DNA of 48,648 nt, filler included, from Catajapyx aquilonaris (Eukaryota): assembly GCA_000934665.2 (NCBI GenBank). It is 3 parts of 3 records of this genome, joined end to end, with 100 filler letters (N's around TTAATTAATTAA, not from the genome) between each part and the next. Parts side by side here need not be neighbours in the genome. Positions count along the whole stretch, not along the records: positions 1 to 16,159 come from JYFJ02007279.1; 2 more parts are not named here. One strand, given 5' to 3'. The notes beneath the pieces are model-generated. The model searched no databases. It was given only the letters and a program-made list of their open reading frames with translations, and was not told the DNA's origin. A program made the translations under genes and the position numbers. This document shows positions 1 through 11,355 of the stretch, piece by piece. Positions within the stretch are counted from its first letter, which is position 1. Each line of letters begins with the position of its first letter.

Positions 1-343
1 AGATGGCGGACCCCGCGGACCTTGACGGCCTGCCTGTACCCTATTTACACCTCGTTGACATACCACACACGTCAAGATGGCCGCCGGCCTTGGCAACACC
101 CTATAAACTGAGAGACGCGAACAACAATGGCGCCGACAGAAGTTTGCGCCTCTTATGTAGTATATGCTCCCTGATTTAGTTGCAATCAACAACAATCATC
201 ATTGTTGCCACGGTAACCCGTTGCCATGTAATCTTGTTTTAATTATATGGATTCATTAAAATACAGTTCAACAAAGCATACAAAATCCACACACATGCTT
301 TACTTGTCCATATGTTGGTGCATTTGCCTCCTGTGTTCTCCAG

Positions 344-3300
344 AGGGGGGACCAGATTATTTTCAGCACTACTCTCGGACAAGGAAGGTAAAAAATAGGC
401 CTACATTTTCACATCAACATCATTGTTCATAAGTTTTCTCAGTATTACAGACAATAAATAACTCAACACTAATCAATATTCGAGAATTAATTACTAATCA
501 TATTTGGAACAGGAAGGTGCAGCCATTTTTTCCTGAATTAAAATTCACTCACCTGTATCTTAAAAAAGCTGAAGCAATCCTGAGGAGGTTTGAACTTGCA
601 TCATTAGCTGTGATTCTACTGAAGCACCTGTGACTACTGCCAGCTCTTTAGCAGCAGAAGAACTAGCCCAAAAATATTAAAATGTAACAACTGTGCAGGT
701 GTCCCGTATAGGGGATGCTCGTCATATTTGTGTTCATTGATATTAATTTCTGAATTCTTGCAAACACTGTACACAGTTAGAAGAGGAAATGCCTCCCATC
801 TACCCTGACTGTGAAGACTACCCCATGTCTCAGAGAGAGAATAGGAGACAATTCCCTGGGCAGGGTCACTCCAGAGACATGAGAGATATGCACTGCAATA
901 GAAGCCCCTCTAGATGGGGAAGAGAAGATGACTACATGTCAATGGATCAATTCGGCAGGTCAGTTGAATCACAATTAAGAGTGACTGACAGTGTTGTTTT
1001 AATTTGAATATCTTCTCCAGAGATGGGTATGACTACCCAATAGATGACTATATGGATGACCGAAGAGCTTATGAGGAGTATATGCAGGAGAGATGGAGGA
1101 AGGAAGGACCTATGATGTATGACAGATATGAAGGGAGTTGCAACAGGTGACTTTCCCCATTTTAAAATTCTACTTGTATGTTTCCAAAGCCGCTCTTTTA
1201 CACACAATCACACTGTGACAGTGCCCTCGCACTGCAGCTGTACAGCTGGGATTGAGCTGTGGCAGCAGTTGGTAATGATCCCCTGTCGTTTACTGGCTCC
1301 CCTTGACATCTCGGGGCCATCTACAGGGTGTTTCAGGGTCACGGGTCAAGCGCGCGCAAGGGGGTGGGGAAAAATCGTAGGTGGCGACAACCCCGGTCGG
1401 TTTTATAAAACAGTTAGAAATACGGCAGTAATCAATTTATTTATTACCGCCTACGGTGTGACGTCACATCCTTTCTGTATTCGAATTGACGGACAGGCAA
1501 ATGCAAGGCAAATGCTTTCGGTTGAATGGGTTTTTAGCCTTGCGGGTTGCACTGGAAAAGGCGCTCTCATGCTACACCGGCAGGGTACTGTACAATGTAG
1601 TGTACTAGTGTACAGTGGTGTGTTCAGTACCCTGCCGGTGTAGCATGAGAGCGCCTTTTTCAGTGCAACCTGCAAGGCTAAAAACCCGTTCATCCAGGTT
1701 CAACCGAAAGCATTTGCCTTGCATTTGCCAGGCCACGGGGGTCAATTCGAATACAGAAAGGATGTGACGTCACGCCGTACGGCCGTAATAAATAAATTGA
1801 TTACTCCCGTATTTCTAATTGTTTTATAAAACATACTGGGGTTGTCGCCACTTACAATTTTTCCCCACCCCCTCGCGCACGCTTGACCCGTGACTCTGAA
1901 ACACCCTGTATATTCCAGTCCAAATTGTAATCGCCGGACCTTAAAAACATAGTAATGGTCATATCTGTACATGTAACCATTTTTGAATAAAAATACGCAC
2001 ACTGACTTAGGACTCAAACCTCAAGCAATATTGTGCCTGCGCTGCCAAAGAATTGTGAAGAAATTGTGCTGGCAAAATTAGAATGGCCGCAAATGGTGAC
2101 GAGAGAGCTACTCTTTGCAGTTTACACATGTAATTGGATATTTAATATCTGCACCGGCTCCAGAAACAATTGCTGATTCAGCAAATTCAAATTTCGCGCC
2201 ATTTTCAATGACCTTGGCTTCTCTCCGCTTCTTATCATATCCTGACCGTGTCATTTGTCGACATTGCTTGTCATCTGAGGGGTTCGGGAGTAGAAGGTGA
2301 TAACCCTCAAATGGGTCAGAATTGAGTTATCACCTTCTTCTCCCGAACCCTATCCCTCTTCTTTTTTTGGACATATGGATTACAATAGGTTTCGGGAGAA
2401 GAAGGTGATAACTCAATTTTTCTTATCTTTTCAAGAAAATTACAGTAAAACTTCTATAAGTTGAATTGCCATGGGACTGAAAAAAAACTTGGAGTTATAG
2501 AAGATTCGAGTTAGAAAAGTTTGAATTTTTTAAGCACATAACTCTATAAGGAAACCTACCTTTATATCCAGTGACAAAAGGTGTTCAAAACTTAAAAATA
2601 ACTGTCACTATCACACTACAATGTTTCTCATTATTTTGTTGTAAAAACTTCGTTATGGACATTTTGCCTACTCTTAGATTCAAGGATTCAATTTTCACAA
2701 TCGAGTCAAGCACTTCTTTCGGTAAGTCTGGTAGACGGATATCAGGAAATTGAGCCTTTCTGTACATGTGGCCTACTCTCGACCCTTCGGCTGGGAAATT
2801 AGAAAATTTTCCGTACTCGCCAACATGAACTTAGGGAGACTGAAAATGCATAAATATCCTATCGTAAGGCCCTGCCTCCACTTCCAGTTATGGAGAACTT
2901 CGAGTTATAGAAATTCCAGTTAGGGAAGTTTATTTCTTATTATTTTACATTGTGATCAACAATTCTCATAATTTTCTTCCACTTATAGAGAACTTAGGGA
3001 ACTTTCCTTTCACCTGCATCAGGAACTGCACCTTGGAGGTGTCTGGCAACCTAACCTCCTGGGGAACAGCACATGACCCCTTTACAGACCTTGCACTTGC
3101 ACCACATGTTCCCTCTTCAAAAATCCCTATCCTTACCCATGTCCCTGTCTCCTTGCACCGGTGAGCGAAGAAAAATAGTACACAGTTACTAGAAAACTGA
3201 TGGTGGTGTGCCACCCCCCTAAAAAGGCTCCGCCTTATCACGGGGTATTTAAAAAAATTAAAAAAAGGCAGATTTGACATGACTCTGCCAACTTGGTTTT

Positions 3301-4881
3301 TCCATTTTTGTCCAAGTGTTCTCGCGTTTGGACACGCTGTGGGATGGAGTGACTATATGAACTGTGTATTTCATCTAAAGGTGCATTTAATTTGCCTTGT
3401 GTGAACAGGGACATAGGTGAAAAGAAAATTTTCAGTCAATGAGGTAGCTCATGTACAGTGTTGGACATAAATCGAGGCATACTGCTAGCGACATTTTCTG
3501 AAGCGGCAGAAGAAGGAATCTTGCTCGCCCGGCTTGCAGTATCCTTATCTTCGATTCCTTCTTCTGCCGATTCGGAAAATGTCACTAGCCACCAGTGCCT
3601 CGAATGCCTCAATTAATGTGCAACACTGTACAGAACCACTACTCTCAGGACTTTTATCCCAGATCATTTTTGTCTATTGGCAAGTCATCCTGGTTATTAG
3701 TGGCATGCGCACATGAAAGAAAGGCCCTTAAGCAATAAGTCGAGCAAGGTATTCTTGACCTTTTTTTGTAGTGGAATTAGTGTTAAGAGCTTTACATTCT
3801 TCCCACCTTCCCTCCTTCCCAAGTAAGTGAAATGCTTGATATAAATGCCTAGTTTAATAGGCAATGGAAAATATCATTAACCCTAATAAGACGGCGGTTT
3901 TTTCGCGTGTTTGCAAGAATCTACAAAAAAATCGCTTGCGTTGTCATTTGAGGGACCACACGTAACTAATCTAGTGAGTAACATCGTGTAGTGTCTAGGC
4001 TTGATCCTGAGACCATTTATGGGACCCTCTTGGCATGCCTTGTGGAGATTTAAATTCTTGAATTTCTCAACAGATGCCGCAGGGGTGCGTTTCGCGCCTA
4101 CGTATTTGTTTCTCCAATTTTTTGTCACTCCTGGGCTGACAAGAAGTGTATGGATGTGTCGAGCTGGCACCACTGAACTGACCAGTATGCATGGATAACA
4201 AATCACAGGACAGGCATGCCAACCAGAGGGACAAATATACAACCCCCACCTTCGTGTAAATATCACTCCCTCCACAGTTATTCAAAAGCCGCGCGGGACA
4301 TGAGGCCCTTGAGCCATACGGAGGCCGGCGTTGAAGTGCGCAGAAGCCCACCAGCTGCTAATTGGGATTTATGAACATTTTTTATTTATTTTAAAACTAT
4401 TGAATAATCGTTTGCACTAATTTTAGGGTGCAATCTCTTGAGGAGGTATGGGGGCAACTATGTATGACGAAAATTATGTGACGCCCGGCTTATTTGGGTT
4501 AATAATAGAGATCTTCCATCTGTCTTAATTTTCACCATTATTTTTCATTTTCTATTAGGAAGTCACACAGGGACATGCTGAATGCAAGAGATGCGTATGA
4601 TTATGAAGGAGACTCTTCTCAGGCCTGGCAGATGGCCAGGGAACAGCAGCAACAATTGGAAGAAGAGTTGGCTGAAGAGCCTATTGAGTTTGAATACAAC
4701 CATGAACCTCGTGTTGGAGAGAAAAGCTTAGGTGACTAATCCTTTTTGAGAGGACCAAACATCCAGAGCAACTTCAAATTTTCATTTTCATTTTATGCAG
4801 AAGAAGCCCAGGAAGACCTAGAACCAGAAGCTTTTGAATATAGCCATGGGAAGTCAGAAGCACGGCCAATTGCACCAGAAG
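344..4881 (+). CDS. Unassigned multi-exon gene (partial), D/E/R/Y-rich low-complexity protein; exons 344-387, 777-958, 1021-1146, 4559-4731, 4801-4881
   Basis: Every exon has AG/GT boundaries, most with pyrimidine tracts. Intron phases (0,2,2,1) join into one open frame: ...LEEEMPPIYPDCEDYPMSQRENRR...DQFGR-DGYDYPIDDYMDDRRAYEEY...R-KSHRDMLNARDAYDYEG...PIEFEYNHEP...EAFEYSHGKS. Two introns are 62 and 69 bp. Start and stop not established. Confidence 0.75.
1324..1908. mobile_element. Palindromic MITE, Tc1/mariner-type (CAGGGTG termini)
   Basis: TA|CAGGGTGTTTCAG...CTGAAACACCCTG|TA; about 265-bp inverted arms around a short spacer; no coding capacity. Confidence 0.93.
2280..2418. repeat. Three copies (+,-,+) of a 25-34 bp motif GGGTTCGGGAGAAGAAGGTGATAACTCAATT
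   Basis: Copies at about 2280-2304, 2320-2353 (inverted) and 2385-2418. Confidence 0.8.
2443..2935. mobile_element. Degenerate pogo/Tigger-like non-autonomous element
   Basis: TA|CAGTAAAAC start; subterminal TTCGAGTTA(T)AGAA motifs near both ends; right terminus eroded. Confidence 0.5.
3456..3628. mobile_element. 173-bp palindromic MITE with Tc1-like CAGTG termini
   Basis: TA|CAGTGTTG...CAACACTG|TA; inner inverted pair CGGCAGAAGAAGGAATC/GATTCCTTCTTCTGCCG. Confidence 0.85.
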
Positions 4882-5662
4882 GTGAACAAGCTTTTTCCTT
4901 GCATCCTATATCATTTCTTCTTTTTTTAAATGATTGACCAGGATTGTTTTATCTTCCCAAGTGTCACTATTTTAAATGTAAAATGATCCTAATATTAGAT
5001 GAAACAGTGAAACTCAATTTGAGCCTAACATACTCGTATATTACACAATTTTAAAATGTTTCTTATGCTCTGCTCGAAATTTCATATGCTAGTAAAAATC
5101 TTAATCAGGAATTTTAGCTAAACAATTACACTTATCAAAACATTAATAAGTACATATTTATTCTAAATCTCATGCTCTTTAACTGTAGTTTGAGTATTCT
5201 TTTGATAAAATTAACTGTTCAAAAAATAAAGCCAAAAATACCTATTTTTGCTGGCATTTTTCCAAGATGGCGGCTGTAATGGGTATCGAAAATCATGGCG
5301 ACAAGTTGATTTTGTAACTTCCTATCATCCTTAACAACTTCCTACAAGCAGATCACAATTATCATTAAAATTACAGGGGCGCGGAATTTTTGAACAATTC
5401 GTACCTCTCTAATTCAAATGAAGGTAGTAATGGACTTTGTTCGCTCGATTGTCGCTGAACGGTTACAGTTATCAAAATATTGATAATGTACTTTTCGATG
5501 CGGATTTCAATTCTCCTTTTCGGGAATTCTTACCCCTTTGGAGCGCTGTGTCTTTGCCCAGAGATGGCGTTACTGTTTCCCTATTCTCACAAACGTCTCC
5601 CGACAGCCAACTCCACATCGGCACCTTGCCTGCTCGCCAAAAGGATTGGGGAAAAAAAAGAA

Positions 5663-5734
5663 GCCTCATTGGGATGCGAACCTGCAGCCTTCTGATCTAT
5701 AGGCCAGCGCGCTAACCAATACGCTAGAGCAGCC
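5663..5734 (-). mobile_element. tRNA-derived SINE head
   Basis: Reverse complement has A-box TAGCGTATTGG and B-box GGTTCGCATCC at tRNA-like spacing, but no convincing acceptor stem. Confidence 0.6.
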
Positions 5735-5880
5735 ATCGCTAGGATTGCTCTTTCCGATAGGGATTGTTATACTGCGCACGTTAAATGACGAATTACGTGG
5801 AGTGGGCGAGCGTGATATTTTCAGTGTTGGAATATTTATTTTCACTGCTTGATGTGGGCAGGGGGTAGGGGTACGATGTA

Positions 5881-6001
5881 CTAACCCAACCTAACCTAAC
5901 CTTCACTAGTTGCGTATACAGCCCTATCCTCAGCATATACAGCCCTATCGTCAGTGTATACAACCCTATCTTCACGTATACTGCCCTATCTCGTATACAG
6001 C
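5881..6001 (+). repeat. (AACCT)n tract followed by a ~21-bp tandem repeat (CGTATACAGCCCTATC core, 4-5 units); probably Helitron/Helentron-derived
   Basis: Repeats are directly visible; the family assignment is inference from the AACCTAACCT tract. Confidence 0.7.
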
Positions 6002-7007
6002 TTCCCGGTCCTCCCGCACGATGGCGCGCAGGCGAGGTGTTGATGTGGAGTTGGCTGTGGGGAGACGTTTTTCTATTCTCCCAATGTAAAAGCTATCTTT
6101 CAATTTTTCTCAGTTGCAAATGCACCAAAAATTATGCAAATCATGTCGTTAGATAGCCGGGGGCAAATACTACATGGTTCATTCGTTCGTGTTGGACATA
6201 CACTTTGGTATAAACGTGTAATTAATTGCGGAGGATTATTCACGTGGGCCATGTCACAAGTGGAGTGGGAATGAAAAACAACCGGTCGCCCCCCTCCACC
6301 AGACTCCGACCTACCCCCCCTCGGCTTGACCATCCCCTGGAGCTGGTTGCCAACCCTTCCCCCCTAGCCCCCTTCCCTTTTCGGGTTGAGGGTTTATGGC
6401 CGAGTCTATCCCAAACCCCGCATAAGTTTCTCCGAGGTAAGTTCACATAATAAGGTAAAATATACAAATTCATGACTGCTATGCCTGCACATCGGGCTTG
6501 CTGTTCTGTTCTTGCATTTGATATGGCCATAGAACATTAGAAGGCCTTAGACAGCAACCTTACAGAAATATGATTATCAATTTTATGGCAGTGGAGGATG
6601 ATTGCCAATTGTTTGAGTGGCATATTGCTCAGGCCTACCATTTTATTCATTCAATCTTGCTGAAGAATGTGACTATCTTAAATGTGGAACTACCCAGTAT
6701 AATGTGGAATCATGCGTACTGCACTTGCATTTTTTATTTTATTAACATTATCATTCGTGAACAGTATACAACTCAAAAAATTAGCCATCATCTACCATCC
6801 TTGTCAGAAAAATAAAAATCGAATTTATACAAGGTTCCTACTCCTAGCACCTTATTGGCCATTTCAGGGGCCAAAAATGGCTAATTATCACATTTCAAGC
6901 CCAGGACTTCACTATCAGACAGCAGATATTTTAAAGCTGAGTTTTACCCCATCACCTAACATTTGAAAGGGGGAGCCAGGCAAGGGAACCCCAAAATATT
7001 GTATGTA

Positions 7008-7685
7008 CAGGGTGATTACAAATGAATAGTATAATTACAAATGCATATAGCTCCGTACCTATCAACCATACATGAACGTGTTATACACCAAATGAAAGAG
7101 GAGGTTTTAAAGTTTTTTTCATGCCTCATAAATGTTCTATATGATTTCCCTTGGTCACTCGAGAAACGTCGATCCGATAGTGCAATTCCTCCCATACTCG
7201 TGCCAGCATGTCCGTTGTCACTGACTCAACCGCAGTAACAATGCACTGGCATTCAGATGTTCGCCAGTTTCTGAACAATGTGCTCCTTCGTCGTTGGATA
7301 GGTCGCAGTGACCAGCAAGACTTGTCGCTTTACTGCTGGCCCCCAAGGTCGCCGGATTTGACGCCATGCGACTTCTTCCTTTGGGGGTACGTTAAGGATG
7401 CTGTGTACGAGCCACCGATGCCAACAACCCTGGATGAACTCAAACATCGCATTGTTGCTGCGGTTGAGTCAGTGACAACGGACATGCTGGCACGAGTATG
7501 GGAGGAATTGCACTATCGGATCGATGTTTTTCGAGTGACCAACGGAAGTCATATAGAACATTTATAAGGTATGAAATAAACTTCAAAACCTCCTCTTTCA
7601 TTTGGTGTAAAACACGTTCATGTGCGGTTGATAGGTACGGAGCTATATGCATTTGTAATTATACTATTCATTTGTAATCACCCTG
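7008..7685 (+). mobile_element. Tc1/mariner deletion derivative with ~230-bp TIRs
   Basis: TA|CAGGGTG...CACCCTG|TA; the opposite arm (~9589) has the empty site with a single TA. Confidence 0.95.
7241..7567 (+). pseudogene. C-terminal fragment of a DDxD Tc1/mariner transposase (rosa/maT-like)
   Basis: RWIGR...WPPRSPDLTPCDFFLWGYVKDAVY...NGSHIEHL*. Confidence 0.9.
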
Positions 7686-7934
7686 TAATACATTGGCATA
7701 ATTATGTGCTATTTTCCAGGCGATTTCCTTTCCGCAAAAGAGAGATTTGACTGCCAGGTAAAGCGAGTCCAGTCGCACCGTCCTCAAGTTTCCGCCAATA
7801 TTCCAAGCTCCATGTATCATATCGCACGGACATCGCACCCTCTATTACATTACCTGTAGAGGAGCTGATTCCAACCAGAATCAAGAAGATTTCTCCAGCT
7901 TGGGTGGCCTTACCACTAAGCGAAGTTCCTGCTG

Positions 7935-8175
7935 ATCACTATTTACACACTTTGAAGCCGGCCGTGCTTGTGGGTACCGTTCTCCATTCACTAACCACTA
8001 TATCTACGCATTATAAATCCGGCAATATTTGGGTACCGTTCTCCATCCACGAACAACTAGATATGCACTATGAATCCGGCAATGTTTGGGTACCATTCTC
8101 CATCACTAACCATTTTCTACGCACTATAAAACCAGAAATGTTTGGGTACTGAGCTCCATCACTAATCACTACGCA
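7935..8175 (+). repeat. Minisatellite, ~57-bp unit, about 4 copies
   Basis: GGGTACCGTTCTCCAT-like core at 7972, 8031, 8088, 8144. Confidence 0.88.
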
Positions 8176-9897
8176 CACTGCCTGTTTCAGACCCTCTTCT
8201 TCGACGTCTTCAGTTTGGCGCGGGCGTCCAAAATTCTTTGTGGCTCGCGGATTGGTAAACCTCGAATCATCCGGGGATCCGCTAGTTCCGGGAGGACGCA
8301 GTCCATGTCAAAATCGCGCATCTTTGGAATGATACTGTCCATGAATTGTGAGTCTTCTGGTCGGGAAGTGTCACGTTTCAAACCTCAAACGGGACCATCT
8401 TTTAGCTGAAGTTGCCGCTCATGATGGCAGAAGTTGGGTTGGGTTATTCAGATCCGGCGAAGCTTTGATGGGAAGGAAGGCAACAGGAAAAGTTCAATAA
8501 ACATGGAAGCCCGTAGCCCGTTACAAGGGGCTCGGTCCGTTCAAAACACACGTCCAGCAGTGACACTGGTCATGCGATACCATTGGACCAATTGGTAAAG
8601 AAGCACCTGGAGGAGTTCCGCATATGTCATCATGTGATGAACAGATATTTTCAGAGTGTCTGATTTCAATTAGCTACTATCAGTTTTTGGTCACTGTGGT
8701 CCTTGTGGATGTCTCACGAATGAATAATCCAACTGGATCTATAAGTGTCCGCTTGGCGCCCTTGTTTAAATCTGTGTCACATACCGGTATGTAATAGAGG
8801 CCACATTAGCCTTTAATTAGCTACACCGGTACTCTTTATCGGAGAAGGAAGAGAGAGGAAAGTGTCAATTTTTGAAGGCCGTGAACAATAACGCAAAAGG
8901 AATTTTTTGGGAAATAACTGTTCAATCTAAAAAACAAGTGTCTTTCTAGCCATAAATGATGCAAATATTCTCACGTTGGCCTATGGCTTAACAATCATGT
9001 TAATATATTACGATAAATTATTGTAATTAAGACTGCGTTTTGTTTGTGTTAATTATATTAGAATGATCATAACTTGCATGATTGCAAAGGGATAGACAGA
9101 CGTGAAGATGTTGGCAGCATTTATGGTTTAAAAGCCTTTTTTTTGCACTGAACATTATAAAAACCCAAAAAATTATACAAAGGCGGCCATCACATCATTC
9201 CGCGGATTATTGGAGGTTTGCTTATCCGCGAGCCACAAAGAATTTGGACGCCCGCGCCAAACTGAAGACGCCGAAGAAGAGGGTTTGAAACAGGCAGTGT
9301 GCGTAGTGATTAGTGGATAACTCATAACTACTGTATAGTGATCAGCGGGAACTTCGCTTAGTGGTAAGGCCACCCAAGCCGGAGAAATCTTCTTGATTCT
9401 GGTTGGAATCAGCTCCTCTACAGGTAATGTAATAGAGGGTGCGATGTCCGTGCGATATGATACATGGAGCTTGGAATATTGGCGGAAACTTGAGGACGGT
9501 GCGACTGGACTCGCTTTACCTGGCAGTCAAATCTCTCTCTTGCGGAAAGGAAATCGCCTGGAAAATAGCACATAATTATGCCAATGTATTACATACAATA
9601 TTTTGGGGTTCCCTTGCCTGGCTCCCCCTTTCAAATGTTAGGTGATTGGGTAAAACTCAGTTTTAAAATATCTGCTGTCTGATAGTGAAGTCCTGGGCTT
9701 GAAATGTGATAATTAGCCATTTTTGGCCCCTGAAATGGCCAGGAGTAGGAACCTTGTATAAATTCGATTTTTATTTTTCTGCCAATGATGGTAGATGATG
9801 GCTAATTTTTTGAGTTGTATACTGTTCACGAATGATAATTTTAATAGAATAAAAAATGCAAGTGCAGTACGCATGATTCCACATTATACTGGGTAGT

Positions 9898-9936
9898 AAT
9901 AATAATATACGTTACCACAGCACCACTCCGCCTCCC
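9898..9936 (-). mobile_element. 39-bp SINE-derived insertion (head plus (ATT)n tail) with 16-bp TSD
   Basis: CATTATACTGGGTAGT duplicated at 9882-9897 and 9937-9952, single in the left arm. The insert matches the first ~30 nt of the SINE at 25324. Confidence 0.9.
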
Positions 9937-9963
9937 CATTATACTGGGTAGTACCACATTTAA

Positions 9964-10379
9964 AGGGACACTCCACTCAAAATACAAGTTGGCCCCTCAA
10001 AAAATAGGGGAAAAAATCCTGATTCTGAATGTGCAATCGTTTTTTTCTACGCCCAACGGTAACACGGAAAATCATATATCTACATACGTCGTCTGCTAAG
10101 AAGGGCAATACAACAGCATCCCGCGGCAAACCGGAGAAGTATAGCGCGGTCAGTGAACTCCTGCCGCGCCAGGCGACCCTGGTCTAGTTCCGCCCGGTTC
10201 CACTCTGGTGGCGTCGCCACCTGCGCCCACCGCCCCGCGCACGGTTTTCGAACGACACACTTCCAGCTTTCACACTGGCCTTACCATTCGTTTCTAAGAA
10301 AAACTGCTTATACCCTCGGAATCAGGATTTTTTTGCCCGGTTTTTAGAACCCAACGTGTATTTTGAGTGGAGTGTCCCT
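9964..10379. mobile_element. Kolobok/T2-like MITE
   Basis: TTAA|AGGGACACTCCACTCAAAATAC...GTATTTTGAGTGGAGTGTCCCT|TTAA; empty TTAA site in the left arm (~6679). Confidence 0.9.
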
Positions 10380-11355
10380 TTAAGATAGTCACATTCTTCA
10401 GCAAGATTGAATGAATAAAATGGTAGGCCTGAGCAATATGCCACTCAAACAATTGGCAATCATCCTCCACTGCCATAAAATTGATAATCACATTTCTGTA
10501 AGGTTGCTGTCTAAGGCCTTCTAATGTTCTTTGCCCATATCAAATGCAAGAACAGAATAGCAAGCCCATTGTGCAGGCATAGCAGTCATGAATTTGTATA
10601 TTTTACCTTATTATGTGAACTTATCTCGGAAAAACTTATGTGGGGGTTTGGGATAGACTCGGCCATAAACCCTCAACCCGAAAAGGGAAGGGGGCTAGGG
10701 GGGAAGGGTTGGCAACCAGCTCCAGGGGATGGTCAAGCTGAGGGGGGGTAGGTCGGAGTCTGGTGGAGGGGGGCGACCGGTTGTTTTTCATTCCCACTCC
10801 ACTTGTGACATGGCCCACGTGAATAATCCTCCGCAATTAATTACACGTTTATACCAAAGTGTATGTCCAACATGAACGAATGAACCATGTAGTATTTGCC
10901 CCCGGCTATCTAACGACATGATTTGCATAATTTTTGGTGCATTTGCAACTGAGAAAAATTGAAAGATAGCTTTTACATTGGGAGAATAGCTGGTATCGGC
11001 GTGACGTCACCGGCTCTAGGCGTGACGTCACCAGCGGGCGGCGGCCACATCGTAGAAATATGAGTGTTACCTGCCCATTGCGTGTATAATGCCTTAGCTT
11101 GCTAACGTGAATATTTGAGCGGATTGTAGGCATTTCACTGTGCGGATATGGTTTTTTGTGCGATTGTGGGTTGCTCTGAGAGGTATGGGAGAGACCGGAC
11201 AGATAAGGTTGCATTATATGGCCGGCCTAAAATCATAAATAATAATCTATAATTGGATAGGACGAAGGAGTTGTCGCAAGCCAAAGGAGTGCATTTTGGG
11301 GTGACTTTGACTTTCTCGTATTAATCGTGCTGATATGTTGAGTAAACCATTAACA

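Larger units (their letters stand above)
6073..10989. repeat. Long inverted repeat: arms 6073-~8278 and ~9197-10989, spacer ~0.9 kb
   Basis: CTATTCTCCCAATGTAAAAG...CTTTTACATTGGGAGAATAG. Arms align closely apart from nested insertions; mirrored ORFs 7702-7884(-) and 9393-9575(+) translate identically. No TSD seen. Confidence 0.95.

Noticed and set aside
2989..3160. Exon-like block (TTATAG|...CCG|GTGAGC) in the intron of the 5' gene
   Set aside because: Its open frame needs phase 1 but the preceding exon ends in phase 2, and in that phase it contains a stop. An alternative or poison exon cannot be excluded.
7935..8175. Regularly spaced repeats as a CRISPR array (also 5912-6001)
   Set aside because: The intervening sequences resemble each other, there are no cas genes, and the context is eukaryotic.
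8187..8422. Minus-strand ORF at the inner edge of the first inverted repeat
   Set aside because: Two in-frame stops follow the ATG, it is frameshifted relative to the other arm, and it has no recognisable motif.
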